64,000 bases of DNA from Nocardioides sp. (GTDB lineage: Bacteria > Actinomycetota > Actinomycetes > Propionibacteriales > Nocardioidaceae), in the NCBI RefSeq assembly GCF_050246775.1, contig NZ_JBFWVK010000001.1, forward strand, positions 854,566 through 918,565, in the 5' to 3' direction. The notes under the pieces were generated by a model. It did not search any database, was not told the DNA's origin, and saw only the letters and a program-made list of their open reading frames with translations. Of the stretch, positions 43,511 to 52,879 are shown one piece after another; positions within the stretch are counted from its first letter, which is position 1, and each line of letters opens with the position of its first letter. The translations under genes were made by a program, and so were the position numbers.

Positions 43511-43583
43511 CAGGGCACGAGGGACTTGAACCCCCAACCTTCGGTTTTGGAGACCGATGCTCTGCCAGTTGAGCTAGTGCCCT
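43511..43583 (-). tRNA. tRNA-Trp (CCA)
   Basis: AGGGCACTAGCTCAACTGGCAGAGCATCGGTCTCCAAAACCGAAGGTTGGGGGTTCAAGTCCCTCGTGCCCTG cloverleaf; 3' CCA not encoded. Confidence 0.96.
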
Positions 43584-43709
43584 CCGATGCCTCCCGACCC
43601 ATCCGCGACCTGCATTGCGGGCAGGCCGAAGCATGTGGAGAACCACCAAGAATGAAGTGTACGGGGAGAGGTCACGGCGCGTCCAAATGCCTCGCACTAC
43701 GATGGTGCC

Positions 43710-44936
43710 ATGAGCGCTTCCACCTCCTCGCCCCGTGACCGCCGCGTCTCCACCAGGATCGGCAGCATCGCCGAATCCGCCACGCTCAAGGTCGATGCGA
43801 AGGCGAAGGCCCTCAAGGCCGAGGGCCGCCCCGTGATCGGGTTCGGTGCCGGCGAGCCGGACTTCCCGACGCCCGACTACATCGTCGAGGCCGCCGTCGC
43901 CGCATGCCGGGACCCCAAGAACCACCGCTACACCCCAGCCGGTGGCCTGCCCGAGCTGAAGAAGGCGATCGCTGCGAAGACGCTGCGCGACAGCGGCTAC
44001 GCGGTGGAGCCCAGCCAGGTGCTGGTCACCAACGGCGGGAAGCAGGCCATCTACGAGGCCTTCGCGGCGATGCTGGACCCCGGTGACGAGGTCATCGTGC
44101 CGGCGCCGTACTGGACGACCTATCCCGAGAGCATCCAGCTCGCCGGCGGAGTCGCGGTCGCCGTCCTCGCCGACGAGACGCAGGACTACAAGGTCACCGT
44201 CGAGCAGCTCGAGGCAGCCCGGACCGAGCGCACCAAGGTGCTGTTGTTCGTGTCCCCGTCGAACCCCACCGGAGCCGTCTACACCGCCGACGAGATCCGC
44301 GCCATCGGTCGCTGGGTCGAGGACAACAACCTCTGGGTGCTCACCGACGAGATCTACGAGCACCTGGTCTACGACGGCGTCGAGACCGGCTCCCTGCCCG
44401 TCCTGTGCCCCTACCTGGCCGACAACTGCGTGATCGTCAACGGGGTGGCCAAGACCTACGCGATGACGGGTTGGCGGGTGGGCTGGATGATCGCCCCGAC
44501 CGACCTGATCAAGGCCGCCGCCAACCTCCAGTCGCACGCCACCTCCAACGTCGCCAACGTCTCCCAGCGCGCAGCCCTCGCCGCCATCTCCGGTGACCTG
44601 TCCGCGGTCGACGAGATGAAGGTGGCCTTCGACCGGCGCCGCAAGACGATCGTCGCGATGCTCAACGAGATCGACGGCGTCTACTGCCCCATGCCGACCG
44701 GCGCCTTCTACGCCTACCCCTCGGTCAAGGGGCTGCTCGGCAAGCCGATCGGCGGCCCCGACGGCTCGGTGGCAACGACCTCGGCGGAGCTCTCCGAGAT
44801 CATCCTCGACAAGGTCGAGGTGGCGGCGGTCCCCGGTGAGGCCTTCGGCTCCCCCGGTTACCTGCGCTTCTCCTACGCCCTGGGCGACGACGACATCGTC
44901 GAGGGGATCACCCGGTTGCAGAAGCTCTTCGCCTGA
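43710..44936 (+). CDS. PLP-dependent aminotransferase class I/II (aspartate aminotransferase-like)
   Basis: [58 protein letters not shown]. Confidence 0.92.
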   Translation: MSASTSSPRDRRVSTRIGSIAESATLKVDAKAKALKAEGRPVIGFGAGEPDFPTPDYIVEAAVAACRDPKNHRYTPAGGLPELKKAIAAKTLRDSGYAVEPSQVLVTNGGKQAIYEAFAAMLDPGDEVIVPAPYWTTYPESIQLAGGVAVAVLADETQDYKVTVEQLEAARTERTKVLLFVSPSNPTGAVYTADEIRAIGRWVEDNNLWVLTDEIYEHLVYDGVETGSLPVLCPYLADNCVIVNGVAKTYAMTGWRVGWMIAPTDLIKAAANLQSHATSNVANVSQRAALAAISGDLSAVDEMKVAFDRRRKTIVAMLNEIDGVYCPMPTGAFYAYPSVKGLLGKPIGGPDGSVATTSAELSEIILDKVEVAAVPGEAFGSPGYLRFSYALGDDDIVEGITRLQKLFA

Positions 44937-45956
44937 GTGCGCGATCTCGACGCGCTCCCGAAGGCCCACCTGCACCTGCACTTCACGGGGTCCATGCGAC
45001 ATCGGACCCTGCTCGAGCTGGCTGAGCGTGACGGGATCGTGCTGCCCGACGCGCTGGTGAGCCGATGGCCGCCCCAGCTGTCCGGGGCCGACGAGAAGGG
45101 CTGGTTCCGTTTCCAGCGGCTCTACGACGTCGCCCGTTCAGTGCTGCGCACCGAGGCCGACGTACGCCGCCTGGTGCTCGAGGCCGCCGAGGACGACGTC
45201 CGCGACGGCGGTCGCTGGCTCGAGATCCAGGTCGACCCGAGCGGCTACGCGGCCCGGTTCGGGGGGATGACCGCCTTCACCGACCTGGTGCTCGACGCCG
45301 TCCGGGACGCCAGTGCTCGCACCGGGCTGGGCATCGCCGTGGTCATCGCCGCCAACCGGACCCGGCACCCACTCGACGCCCGCGCCCTGGCCCGCCTGGC
45401 CGCGCAGTACGTCGACCGCGGGGTGGTCGGCTTCGGCATCTCCAACGACGAGCGCCGCGGATCCACCGAGGAGTTCGCGCCCGCCTTCCACATCGCCGAG
45501 CGAGCCGGGTTGCTGCTCACCCCGCACGGCGGCGAGCTGCGAGGGGCCGAGCACGTGCGCGCCTGTCTCGACCACCTGCACGCGGATCGGCTCGGCCACG
45601 GGGTTCGGGTCGTCGAGGATCCGGCGCTGCTGGACCGGGTGGTGGCCGCTGGTGTGGCGCTGGAGGTCTGCCCGGTCTCCAACGTGGCCCTGGGGGTCTA
45701 CAGCGACCTGACCTCGGTGCCCTTGCCCCAGCTGATGGCAGCCGGGGCGACCATCGCCCTGGGTGCCGACGACCCACTGCTGTTCGGGTCCCAGCTGGCG
45801 GGGCAGTACGCCACCATGCGTGCCGCCCACGATCTCACCGACCGGCAGCTGGCCGACCTGGCGTCCATGTCGATCCGGGCCTCCCGGGCGCCCGACGCCG
45901 TCAAGGCGGAGGTGAGCGCCGACATCGACCGATGGTTGGCCGCGCCACCCGGCTGA
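44937..45956 (+). CDS. add: Adenosine deaminase family protein
   Basis: PKAHLHLHFTGS, PHGGEL, RLGHGV, EVCPVSN, GADDP. Confidence 0.9.
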   Translation: MRDLDALPKAHLHLHFTGSMRHRTLLELAERDGIVLPDALVSRWPPQLSGADEKGWFRFQRLYDVARSVLRTEADVRRLVLEAAEDDVRDGGRWLEIQVDPSGYAARFGGMTAFTDLVLDAVRDASARTGLGIAVVIAANRTRHPLDARALARLAAQYVDRGVVGFGISNDERRGSTEEFAPAFHIAERAGLLLTPHGGELRGAEHVRACLDHLHADRLGHGVRVVEDPALLDRVVAAGVALEVCPVSNVALGVYSDLTSVPLPQLMAAGATIALGADDPLLFGSQLAGQYATMRAAHDLTDRQLADLASMSIRASRAPDAVKAEVSADIDRWLAAPPG

Positions 45957-45962
45957 GGGCGT

Positions 45963-47006
45963 TCAGTCGAGCCGGCAGCCGACGAGCACCGGCTCGTTGA
46001 CCAGGCGTACGCCGAAGCGCAGCTCCACGCCGTCGCGGACCTCCAGCGCCAGCCGCAACAGGTCCGCGGTCGTGGCCGAACCCCGGTTGGTGAGCGCCAG
46101 GGTGTGCTTGGTCGACAGGCTCACCCTGTCGTTGCCGTGACCCCGGGCGAAGCCAGCGTGCTCGATCAGCCACGCCGCGCTGGTCTTGGTGGAACCGTCC
46201 GGCTGGACCCAGCGCGGTGCCTCCTGCGGCAGCCCAGCTGCCTGCTCAGCGGTCAGCATCGGGTTGGTGAAGAACGACCCGGCGCTCCACGTGTCGTGGT
46301 CGGAAGGGTCGAGCACCATGCCCTTGGCGGCGCGCAGGCCGAGCACGGCGCGGCGTACCTCGGCGAGGGGGGCGCGGGCGCCCTGCTCGACGCCCAGCGT
46401 GCGGGCCAGCTCGGCGTACGCGACCGGGGCGCCGAGGTCACCGACGCGGAACTGGAAGTCGACGCTCAGCACCACGAAGCGCTGGGGGTCGGCCTTGAAG
46501 CGGCTGTGGCGGTAGCCGAAGGCGCACTCGGCATTGGCGAAGGTGCGCACCCCCTGGAGCCGACGGTCCCAGACCCGCACGGAGGCAAGCGTCTGCGCCA
46601 CCTCCTGGCCATAGGCGCCGACGTTCTGGATGGGGGTGGAGCCGACCGCGCCGGGGATGCCGGCGAGGGCCTCGATCCCCACCCAGTGGCTCTCCACAGC
46701 CCGGGCCACGAGCCGGTCCCAGGACTCACCGGCCGCCACCCGGACCACGACGCCCCCGCAGAGGGCCGCGTCGGTCTCGTCGACGTCCGGCTCGATGCCC
46801 TGCGTGGCGACCTTGACGACGAGGCCGGGGAAGCCGGCATCGGCCACCACCAGGTTGCTCCCTCCGGACAGCACGAGCACCGGGGTCCCCCCGGTGTCGG
46901 CCTCCCGGATCGCAGCGATCAGCTCGTCCTCGGTCGTGGCCTCGACGAACGACCCCGCAGGACCGCCGAGCCTCAGGGTGGTGTGGTCGGCGAGCAGTTC
47001 AGGCAC
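45963..47006 (-). CDS. murB: UDP-N-acetylmuramate dehydrogenase
   Basis: TTLRLGGPA, GGSNLVVAD, GIPG.VG.TPIQNVGAYG, FGYRHSRFK, SAGSFFTNP, STKHTLALTNRG, EP. Confidence 0.96.
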   Translation of the reverse strand: MPELLADHTTLRLGGPAGSFVEATTEDELIAAIREADTGGTPVLVLSGGSNLVVADAGFPGLVVKVATQGIEPDVDETDAALCGGVVVRVAAGESWDRLVARAVESHWVGIEALAGIPGAVGSTPIQNVGAYGQEVAQTLASVRVWDRRLQGVRTFANAECAFGYRHSRFKADPQRFVVLSVDFQFRVGDLGAPVAYAELARTLGVEQGARAPLAEVRRAVLGLRAAKGMVLDPSDHDTWSAGSFFTNPMLTAEQAAGLPQEAPRWVQPDGSTKTSAAWLIEHAGFARGHGNDRVSLSTKHTLALTNRGSATTADLLRLALEVRDGVELRFGVRLVNEPVLVGCRLD

Positions 47007-47403
47007 GCAGGACGGCCTTCGGCATGCCGAGCACCTTCTGGCCACCACACGTGACCTCCAGGGCGATCGTCACCAGCCCGTCGGCGACGCTCTTGACGGT
47101 GCCTGCGACGACCAGGTCGACCCCGCGGTCGTCATCGGGGACGACCACCGGATTGGTGAACTTGCAGCCGAACTCCACGACCTCGGCGCCACCCGACCAC
47201 AGGTCGACGGCCTTCGCGGCCAGCGCCATCGTGTACATGCCGTGCGCGATCACGCCGGGCAGGCCGACGCTGGTCGCCACCCGGTCGGACCAGTGGATCG
47301 AGTTGAAGTCGCCGCTCGCACCGGCGTAGCGGACCAGGTCGGAGCGGCGGATCGCGTAGGTCTGCGGCTCCAGGACCTCGCCGGCCTGCAGAGTGATGCT
47401 CAT
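46999..47403 (-). CDS. MaoC-family (R)-hydratase, HadB-like
   Basis: LVRYAGASGDFNSIHWS, IAHGM hydratase-2 motif. Confidence 0.88.
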   Translation of the reverse strand: MSITLQAGEVLEPQTYAIRRSDLVRYAGASGDFNSIHWSDRVATSVGLPGVIAHGMYTMALAAKAVDLWSGGAEVVEFGCKFTNPVVVPDDDRGVDLVVAGTVKSVADGLVTIALEVTCGGQKVLGMPKAVLRA

Positions 47404-47804
47404 GAGGCACCTGCCGTGTAGACCAGGGTCGCCTTGGTGGAGCAGACCAAGGCCCCGGCGGCGTCGAGGATCTCGCTGACCGTGCCGATGATGTCGGCGC
47501 CACCGATCTGGCGCAGGCTGGCCACCGTCAGGGTCGCGGTGAGTACGTCGCCGGGCACGACGGGGCGCTCGTAGGCGAACCGTTGCTCGCCGTGGACGAT
47601 CCGGAACAGATCCATCTCCTCGGCCGCCAGGAACGCGTTCATGGCGTCGAAGGCGAGCACGATCGGGAAGGTCGCCGGGGCCGGCCCGACCCCGTCGTAC
47701 TCACTGCCGGTGGTGCTGAGGAACTCGCGGATCTTGCCCGCGGTCACGGCGTACGGGCTGGTGGGCGGAAACACACGTCCCACGAGCGACTCATCGACTG
47801 GCAT
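47400..47804 (-). CDS. MaoC N-terminal / FAS1-like dehydratase, HadA-like
   Basis: Y.V...KIREF, APATF, IVHGEQRF.Y.RP. Confidence 0.82.
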   Translation of the reverse strand: MPVDESLVGRVFPPTSPYAVTAGKIREFLSTTGSEYDGVGPAPATFPIVLAFDAMNAFLAAEEMDLFRIVHGEQRFAYERPVVPGDVLTATLTVASLRQIGGADIIGTVSEILDAAGALVCSTKATLVYTAGAS

Positions 47805-47874
47805 GTCCGAAACGCTAGCAGCGCCGCGCACCTGACGGGGCTCGGCCGGCGCGTGGGCTGGCGGGGGCGAGGGT

Positions 47875-47964
47875 TGGTTCATCAAGGTATGCAGACGAAC
47901 CTGCGCTGTCCGCGTCCAATTCACCACGGACAGCGGAGGTTGACCTGCATACCTTGATGAACCA
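47875..47964. repeat. Long interrupted inverted repeat element (MITE/REP-like)
   Basis: 20-bp perfect arms TGGTTCATCAAGGTATGCAG (47875-47894)/(47945-47964), inner stems AACCT/AGGTT and CGCTGTCCG/CGGACAGCG. Confidence 0.8.
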
Positions 47965-47989
47965 GCGGGTCCCGGGAGCGAAATGGGTC

Positions 47990-48026
47990 GGAGGCGGCAC
48001 CCGACGCGAAATCGGGGGCCGCCTCC
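47990..48026 (-). terminator. rpmG terminator hairpin
   Basis: GGAGGCGGCACCCGA-CGCGAAA-TCGGGGGCCGCCTCC. Confidence 0.65.
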
Positions 48027-48050
48027 GGCGGATTGCTGGTGTCGCAGACC

Positions 48051-48221
48051 TCAGCGGGTCTCGCGGTGCGCGGTGTGCTCGCGACAGCGGGGGCAGAACT
48101 TCTTCAGCTCAAGCCGGTCGGGATCGTTGCGACGGTTCTTCTTGGTGATGTAGTTGCGCTCCTTGCACTCGACGCATGCGAGCGTGATCTTGGGGCGAAC
48201 GTCTGAACTCTTGCTGGCCAC
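48051..48221 (-). CDS. rpmG: 50S ribosomal protein L33 (zinc-ribbon C+ form)
   Basis: [56 protein letters not shown]; GTG start, absent from the ORF track. Confidence 0.97.
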   Translation of the reverse strand: MASKSSDVRPKITLACVECKERNYITKKNRRNDPDRLELKKFCPRCREHTAHRETR

Positions 48222-48271
48222 GGGAAGTCCTTCGTAGATGTGGTGAAGCTGGTGGAGCCGGTGAAACTGTG

Positions 48272-48345
48272 TAGCGGGAGCGGGACTCGAACCCGCGACA
48301 CCACGATTATGAGTCGTGTGCTCTAACCACCTGAGCTACCCCGCC
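48272..48345 (-). tRNA. tRNA-Met (CAT), probably elongator
   Basis: GGCGGGGTAGCTCAGGTGGTTAGAGCACACGACTCATAATCGTG...GGTTCGAGTCCCGCTCCCGCTA; paired first base pair, unlike initiator tRNA. Confidence 0.93.
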
Positions 48346-48396
48346 ACTGGACGGGGGCGTCCCGGCGAGCTGCTGCTCGACGGAACCCCAACCCAG

Positions 48397-48469
48397 AGCC
48401 CCTTTACGGAATCGAACCGTAGACCTTCTCCTTACCATGGAGACGCTCTGCCGACTGAGCTAAAGGGGC
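48397..48469 (-). tRNA. tRNA-Thr (GGT)
   Basis: GCCCCTTTAGCTCAGTCGGCAGAGCGTCTCCATGGTAAGGAGAAGGTCTACGGTTCGATTCCGTAAAGGGGCT. Confidence 0.95.
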
Positions 48470-48590
48470 AAGCGACGAGAAAGGATACACACGGCCGACG
48501 GCGAACAGGAAATCGGCCGGAACCACCCCTGATCACGCGCATGGTCGCGACCCTTCCACGTCCTCGGAGAGGGTACTCACACCGGCCGCA

Positions 48591-50006
48591 TTAAGCCCAT
48601 TCGGCATCCTGGATGCGCTCGAACGGGTGTGCCTCCTCCAGCTCGAAAGCGAGCTCCAGGAGGGCCGCCTCGGCACCTGCGGGGCCCGAGAACATCATGC
48701 CCTGGGGCAGGCCGTGGGCGGTGCGCGCCAACGGCAACGAGATCGAGGGGTCCCCCGTCGCGTTCTGCAGCGGGGTGAAGGCCACCCACTCCTCCAAGCG
48801 GTCCATGATCCCCTCGTAGCTCGCCATGGGATCGAGATGCCCGACTCGGGGAGTCGGCGTCGCCAGCGTCGGGGTGAGCGTGACGTCGTAGGTCTCGTGG
48901 AACCGGGCGGTGTAGCCCTTGGTGCGGCTGAGCCGGGCGATCGCCCGCGGAAGCCGGTGGAGGTTGCGACGGCAGTGTCGCGCCAGGCCGAGCGTGAGGT
49001 TGTCGAGCCGCGACGGGTCCCACGTCGACCCGTAGGTGCGCCGCCCGGTGGCGACCAGCACCATCGCCAGCATCGACCAGTAGAGGACGAAGTCGTCGCG
49101 GAACGTGGTGGGGATGGGCGGCGTGGTGACCTCCTCCACACGGTGGCCGAGCCCCTCGAGGAAGGTCGCCGTCTTCAGGGTCAGGTCGCGGACCTCCGGA
49201 CTGGACTCGCGGCCCACCGAGGAGGTGAGCACCGCGATCGTGAGCCGTTTGCGTCCGGGCCGGGTGATGTCGCCCACCGGGGCAAGCTTGACGTTGCGGA
49301 AGACCTTCTCGGCCTCGCGGTAGAACGCTGCGGTGTCGCGGACGCTGCGGGTCAGGACGCCGTCGCTGACGATGCGCAGCGGCATCTCGCGCATCATCTT
49401 GTCCTGGGCCAGCCGGTCCCGGGTCGGCTTGAGCCCGACCAGGCCGTTGACGGAGGCGGGGATCCGGATCGACCCGCCGCCGTCGTTGCCGTGTGCCAGG
49501 GGTACGGCGCCGGCGGCCACCAGGGCCGCCGACCCCGACGAGCTCGCACCAGCGGTGTGCTCGGTGTCCCACGGCCCGCGCACCGGCCCGATGCGGGGGT
49601 GCTCGGCTGCCGCGCTGAACCCGAACTCGGACAGCTGGGTCTTGCCCAGCGGGAGCAGTCCGGTTGCCACATACATCCGGGCGAAGTCCCCGTCGCGTCG
49701 CGCTGGGCGGGCCACGAATGCGTCGGAGCCGTGCGCCGTCGGAATCCCGGCCAGGTCGACGTTGTCCTTCAGGAAGGTCGGGATGCCCGCGAAGAACCCG
49801 CCCCGCGGCGCCCGGGCCAGGCCGCGCGCCCGGTCGAAGGCTGCGTAGGCGATGGCGTTGAGGGCCGGATCGACCCGGCCGGCCCGAGCGATCGCCGCGT
49901 CGACGAGCTCCTCGATGGAGATCCGGCCGGCTCTGAGCTCGGCCACCAGCCCCACCGCATCGTGGGCTGCCAGGGCATCGTCGGAGAAGGCGTGAACGCG
50001 GGTCAT
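48591..50006 (-). CDS. Amidase signature family enzyme
   Basis: FLKDN, GASSSGSAALVAAG, HGNDGGGSIRIPAS.NGLVGLKP, FTPLQNATG.P. Confidence 0.92.
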   Translation of the reverse strand: MTRVHAFSDDALAAHDAVGLVAELRAGRISIEELVDAAIARAGRVDPALNAIAYAAFDRARGLARAPRGGFFAGIPTFLKDNVDLAGIPTAHGSDAFVARPARRDGDFARMYVATGLLPLGKTQLSEFGFSAAAEHPRIGPVRGPWDTEHTAGASSSGSAALVAAGAVPLAHGNDGGGSIRIPASVNGLVGLKPTRDRLAQDKMMREMPLRIVSDGVLTRSVRDTAAFYREAEKVFRNVKLAPVGDITRPGRKRLTIAVLTSSVGRESSPEVRDLTLKTATFLEGLGHRVEEVTTPPIPTTFRDDFVLYWSMLAMVLVATGRRTYGSTWDPSRLDNLTLGLARHCRRNLHRLPRAIARLSRTKGYTARFHETYDVTLTPTLATPTPRVGHLDPMASYEGIMDRLEEWVAFTPLQNATGDPSISLPLARTAHGLPQGMMFSGPAGAEAALLELAFELEEAHPFERIQDAEWA

Positions 50007-50015
50007 GCGCTCAAA

Positions 50016-50483
50016 CTACCGAGCCGCCTCGACAGCCTCCTGCAGGCCACGGGCGGCGAGCCGGTCGGCCCGTTCGTTCTCCGGATGTCCCGCGTGGCCC
50101 TTGACCCAGTGCCACTCGACCTGATGCCGGGTGACCGCATCCTGGAGCTGCTGCCACAGGTCCACGTTCTTCACCGGCTGCTTGGCCGTGGTCCGCCACC
50201 CGTTGCGCGACCACCCGAGGACCCACTTGGTGATGCCGTTGCGGACGTAGGTGCTGTCGGTGTAGATGTGCACCGACACCGATCGCTGCAGTGCCTCGAG
50301 CGCCTTGATCGGGGCGGTGAGCTCCATCCGGTTGTTGGTGGTCTCTCCTGGCTCCCCGCCGCAGAGCTCGAGCTCGTGCCTGCCCTGGCGGAGCAACGCA
50401 CCCCAGCCTCCCGGTCCCGGGTTCGGGATGCAGGCACCGTCGGTGAAGACCTCCACGACCTCCAGGGAGCTCGGACCCGTCAC
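50016..50483 (-). CDS. rnhA: Ribonuclease HI
   Basis: [52 protein letters not shown]. Confidence 0.96.
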   Translation of the reverse strand: MTGPSSLEVVEVFTDGACIPNPGPGGWGALLRQGRHELELCGGEPGETTNNRMELTAPIKALEALQRSVSVHIYTDSTYVRNGITKWVLGWSRNGWRTTAKQPVKNVDLWQQLQDAVTRHQVEWHWVKGHAGHPENERADRLAARGLQEAVEAAR

Positions 50484-50492
50484 CTCGGAGCC

Positions 50493-51497
50493 TCAGGCCT
50501 CGGCCAGCGGCGGCAGCGCCACCACCTGCGCGGCGTAGCTCAGGCCGGCACCGAACGCGATGAGCAGGGCGTGGTCGCCGGCCTTGACCTCCCCACCGCG
50601 AAGCATCGCCTCGATCGCGAGCGGGACGGAGGCCGCTGAGGTGTTGCCGGCGTCCACGACGTCGCGCGCGACGGCCACCCCCTCGGGCAGCTTGAGGTTG
50701 CGGCTCAGGGTGTCGGTGATCCGCAGGTTGGCCTGGTGCGGGACGAAGGCATCGAGGTCCTCCATCTCGAGTCCGGCCCGATCGACCGCTTCGCGGGCCA
50801 CCTTCGCCATGGCGAACGGCGCCCACCGGAAGACCGCCGTGCCCTCCATCTGGACGACGGGGCCGTGGCCGGCGGTCACCGCGCGGCAGTCGGGGGTCTG
50901 GGTGATGACGTGGGCCTGGGAACCGTCCGAGCCCCAGGCGACCGGACCGATCCCGGGCACGTCGGAGGGTCCCACGACGACCGCGCCGGCGCCGTCGGCG
51001 AAGATGAAGGCCGTGGATCGATCCGTCGGGTCCATGAACCGGCTGAGCTGCTCGACGCCGATGACGAGCACATGGCTCGCCGTACCGCCGCGGACCAGGT
51101 CCGAGGCCACGCCCACCGCGTGGCAGAAGCCGGCGCAGCCTGCGGAGACGTCGAAGGAGGCCGCGGTGGAGCCCAGGCGGTCGGCGACCTGGGGTGCGGC
51201 CGCTGGGGTGTGCTGGGAGTACGTCGAGGTGGCCACGATCACGCAGCCGAGCTGGTCGGCGGAGACCCCGGCAGCACTCAGTGCCTTGGCGCCCGCCGCG
51301 GTGGCCATGTCGAGCAGCGACTCGTCGTCCGCGGCGAACCGGCGGGTCTTGATCCCCGAGCGGGACTGGATCCACTCGTCGCTGGAGTCGAGGGTCTCGC
51401 AGATCTCCTCGTTGGTCACCAGGCGGCTCGCACGATGGACGCCGAGGCCGAGGAGCGCCGTCGCGACGACGGGTTGGTTCTGCTTGATGGTCTTCAC
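50493..51497 (-). CDS. fabH: Beta-ketoacyl-ACP synthase III
   Basis: SDEWIQSRSGI..R, DVSAGCAGF (catalytic C), FADGAGA, PHQAN.RI, GNTSAASVP, FGAGL; start GTG 51497 after GGAG SD. Confidence 0.93.
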   Translation of the reverse strand: MKTIKQNQPVVATALLGLGVHRASRLVTNEEICETLDSSDEWIQSRSGIKTRRFAADDESLLDMATAAGAKALSAAGVSADQLGCVIVATSTYSQHTPAAAPQVADRLGSTAASFDVSAGCAGFCHAVGVASDLVRGGTASHVLVIGVEQLSRFMDPTDRSTAFIFADGAGAVVVGPSDVPGIGPVAWGSDGSQAHVITQTPDCRAVTAGHGPVVQMEGTAVFRWAPFAMAKVAREAVDRAGLEMEDLDAFVPHQANLRITDTLSRNLKLPEGVAVARDVVDAGNTSAASVPLAIEAMLRGGEVKAGDHALLIAFGAGLSYAAQVVALPPLAEA

Positions 51498-51581
51498 CGG
51501 ATGCACTCCGCTCGATTCGCTCGTTCCAGCCGTGGTGGCCGAGGCCACGTTAGCCTGACCGCCGAGCGCGCGGCAGGGCCC

Positions 51582-52775
51582 TCAGGCCCCGGCGGCCAGC
51601 AGAGCGTCGACCGCACCGGGGCTGAGCACGTGGTCCAGTGCCAGGGCCGCACAGCCGACGACGCCGGCCCGGTCGCCGTACGTCGCCGGCACGATCTGCA
51701 GGTCGCGGGTGGCCAGGGCGGTGGCCCGCGCGTAGACACTCTCCCGGACCCCGGCCGCGTAGGTGTCGAAGCCTGCTGCCATGTCTCCGCCGATCACGAC
51801 GGCCTGCGGGTTCAGCAGGTTGATCGCCACCGCCAGGACCTCGCCCAGCCGACGGCCGCTCTCCCTCAGCAGGCCCCGGGCCTCGGGGTCGCCCTGTGCA
51901 GCGAGCTCGACCAGGTCCCTGACGTGGCCGACCTCCCGGCCCGACTCGGCCAGGCGGGCCACCAGTGCCCACCCGCCGGCGACGGTCTCCAGGCAGCCGG
52001 TGGCGCCGCAGCGGCAGGCCAGGCCCTCAGCGCTCTCGACCTTGGAGTGGCCGATCTCGCCGGCCGCGCCGACGTGGCCCGACACCACCTGGCCGGAGGC
52101 GATGATCCCGAGCCCGAGACCCGTCGACGCCTTGACGACCAGGACGTCGCTCAGCATGCCCGTGCTCCCCATCCGCTCGGAACGGGCCAGGACGTCGGCG
52201 TCGTTGGCGACGAAGAGGGGGGCGTCTGCGACGCCTTTCAGGTACGGCGCCAGCTCGACGCCGTCCCAGCCTCCCATCACGGGAGAGTCGAGGCTGGCAC
52301 CTCGCACCTGGTCGACCGTGCCGGGCAGGCTGAGCCCGATCCCCACGACCGCGGCGCGTGCCCCGGAGTCGGCGAGCAACCCGGCCAGGCGGGCGGCGAT
52401 CTCGGGCATCAGCCGGTCGGGGCCGACGCCGACCTGGTGGTCGTCCGAGCGCGAGGCCAGCTCCTGGCCATCGAGATCGAAGACGGCCAGCTGGCTGCGG
52501 GAGCGCCCGACCGCCACCGCGAGCACGACCCCGGCGTTGCGGTTGAAGACCAGCCCGCCGGGCGGTCGGCCACCGGTCGAGGCGAGCTCCTCGCCCGCCA
52601 GCAACAGCCCGGCCGAGGTGAGGGCTGCGACCCGGGCCGTCACCGCCGTACGCGACAGGCCGGTGAGCCGACGCAGGTCCGAACGGGTGTGGGCGCGGCC
52701 GGTGCGCACGAGTTCGAGCAGCTCCCCGGCGGAGGCGGGGGCTGCGGTCTCACGGGGTTGCAGCAGGTCTGACAT
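51582..52775 (-). CDS. ROK family transcriptional regulator
   Basis: N-terminal HTH (TRSDL..LTGLSR.AV, TGGRPP), GLSLPG, NDAD, GAAGEIGH, C.CG..GCLET. Confidence 0.92.
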   Translation of the reverse strand: MSDLLQPRETAAPASAGELLELVRTGRAHTRSDLRRLTGLSRTAVTARVAALTSAGLLLAGEELASTGGRPPGGLVFNRNAGVVLAVAVGRSRSQLAVFDLDGQELASRSDDHQVGVGPDRLMPEIAARLAGLLADSGARAAVVGIGLSLPGTVDQVRGASLDSPVMGGWDGVELAPYLKGVADAPLFVANDADVLARSERMGSTGMLSDVLVVKASTGLGLGIIASGQVVSGHVGAAGEIGHSKVESAEGLACRCGATGCLETVAGGWALVARLAESGREVGHVRDLVELAAQGDPEARGLLRESGRRLGEVLAVAINLLNPQAVVIGGDMAAGFDTYAAGVRESVYARATALATRDLQIVPATYGDRAGVVGCAALALDHVLSPGAVDALLAAGA

Positions 52776-52820
52776 CGCCAGTATTCAAGCACGACCGGCA
52801 CAATGAACCGCATAAGTTCA

Positions 52821-52851
52821 CCTACTTTTGCCTTAGTAAAGCCCAAGTAGG
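52821..52851. promoter_or_regulatory. Candidate ROK operator between the divergent ROK gene and zwf
   Basis: CCTACTT-N17-AAGTAGG inverted repeat in an AT-rich island. Confidence 0.5.
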
Positions 52852-52879
52852 ACTTGCAGAAGCCCCAAGATGCCTTACC

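Noticed and set aside
43511-48469. tRNA pseudogenes because 3' CCA is missing
   Set aside because: Cloverleaves are intact, and CCA is often added post-transcriptionally in actinobacteria
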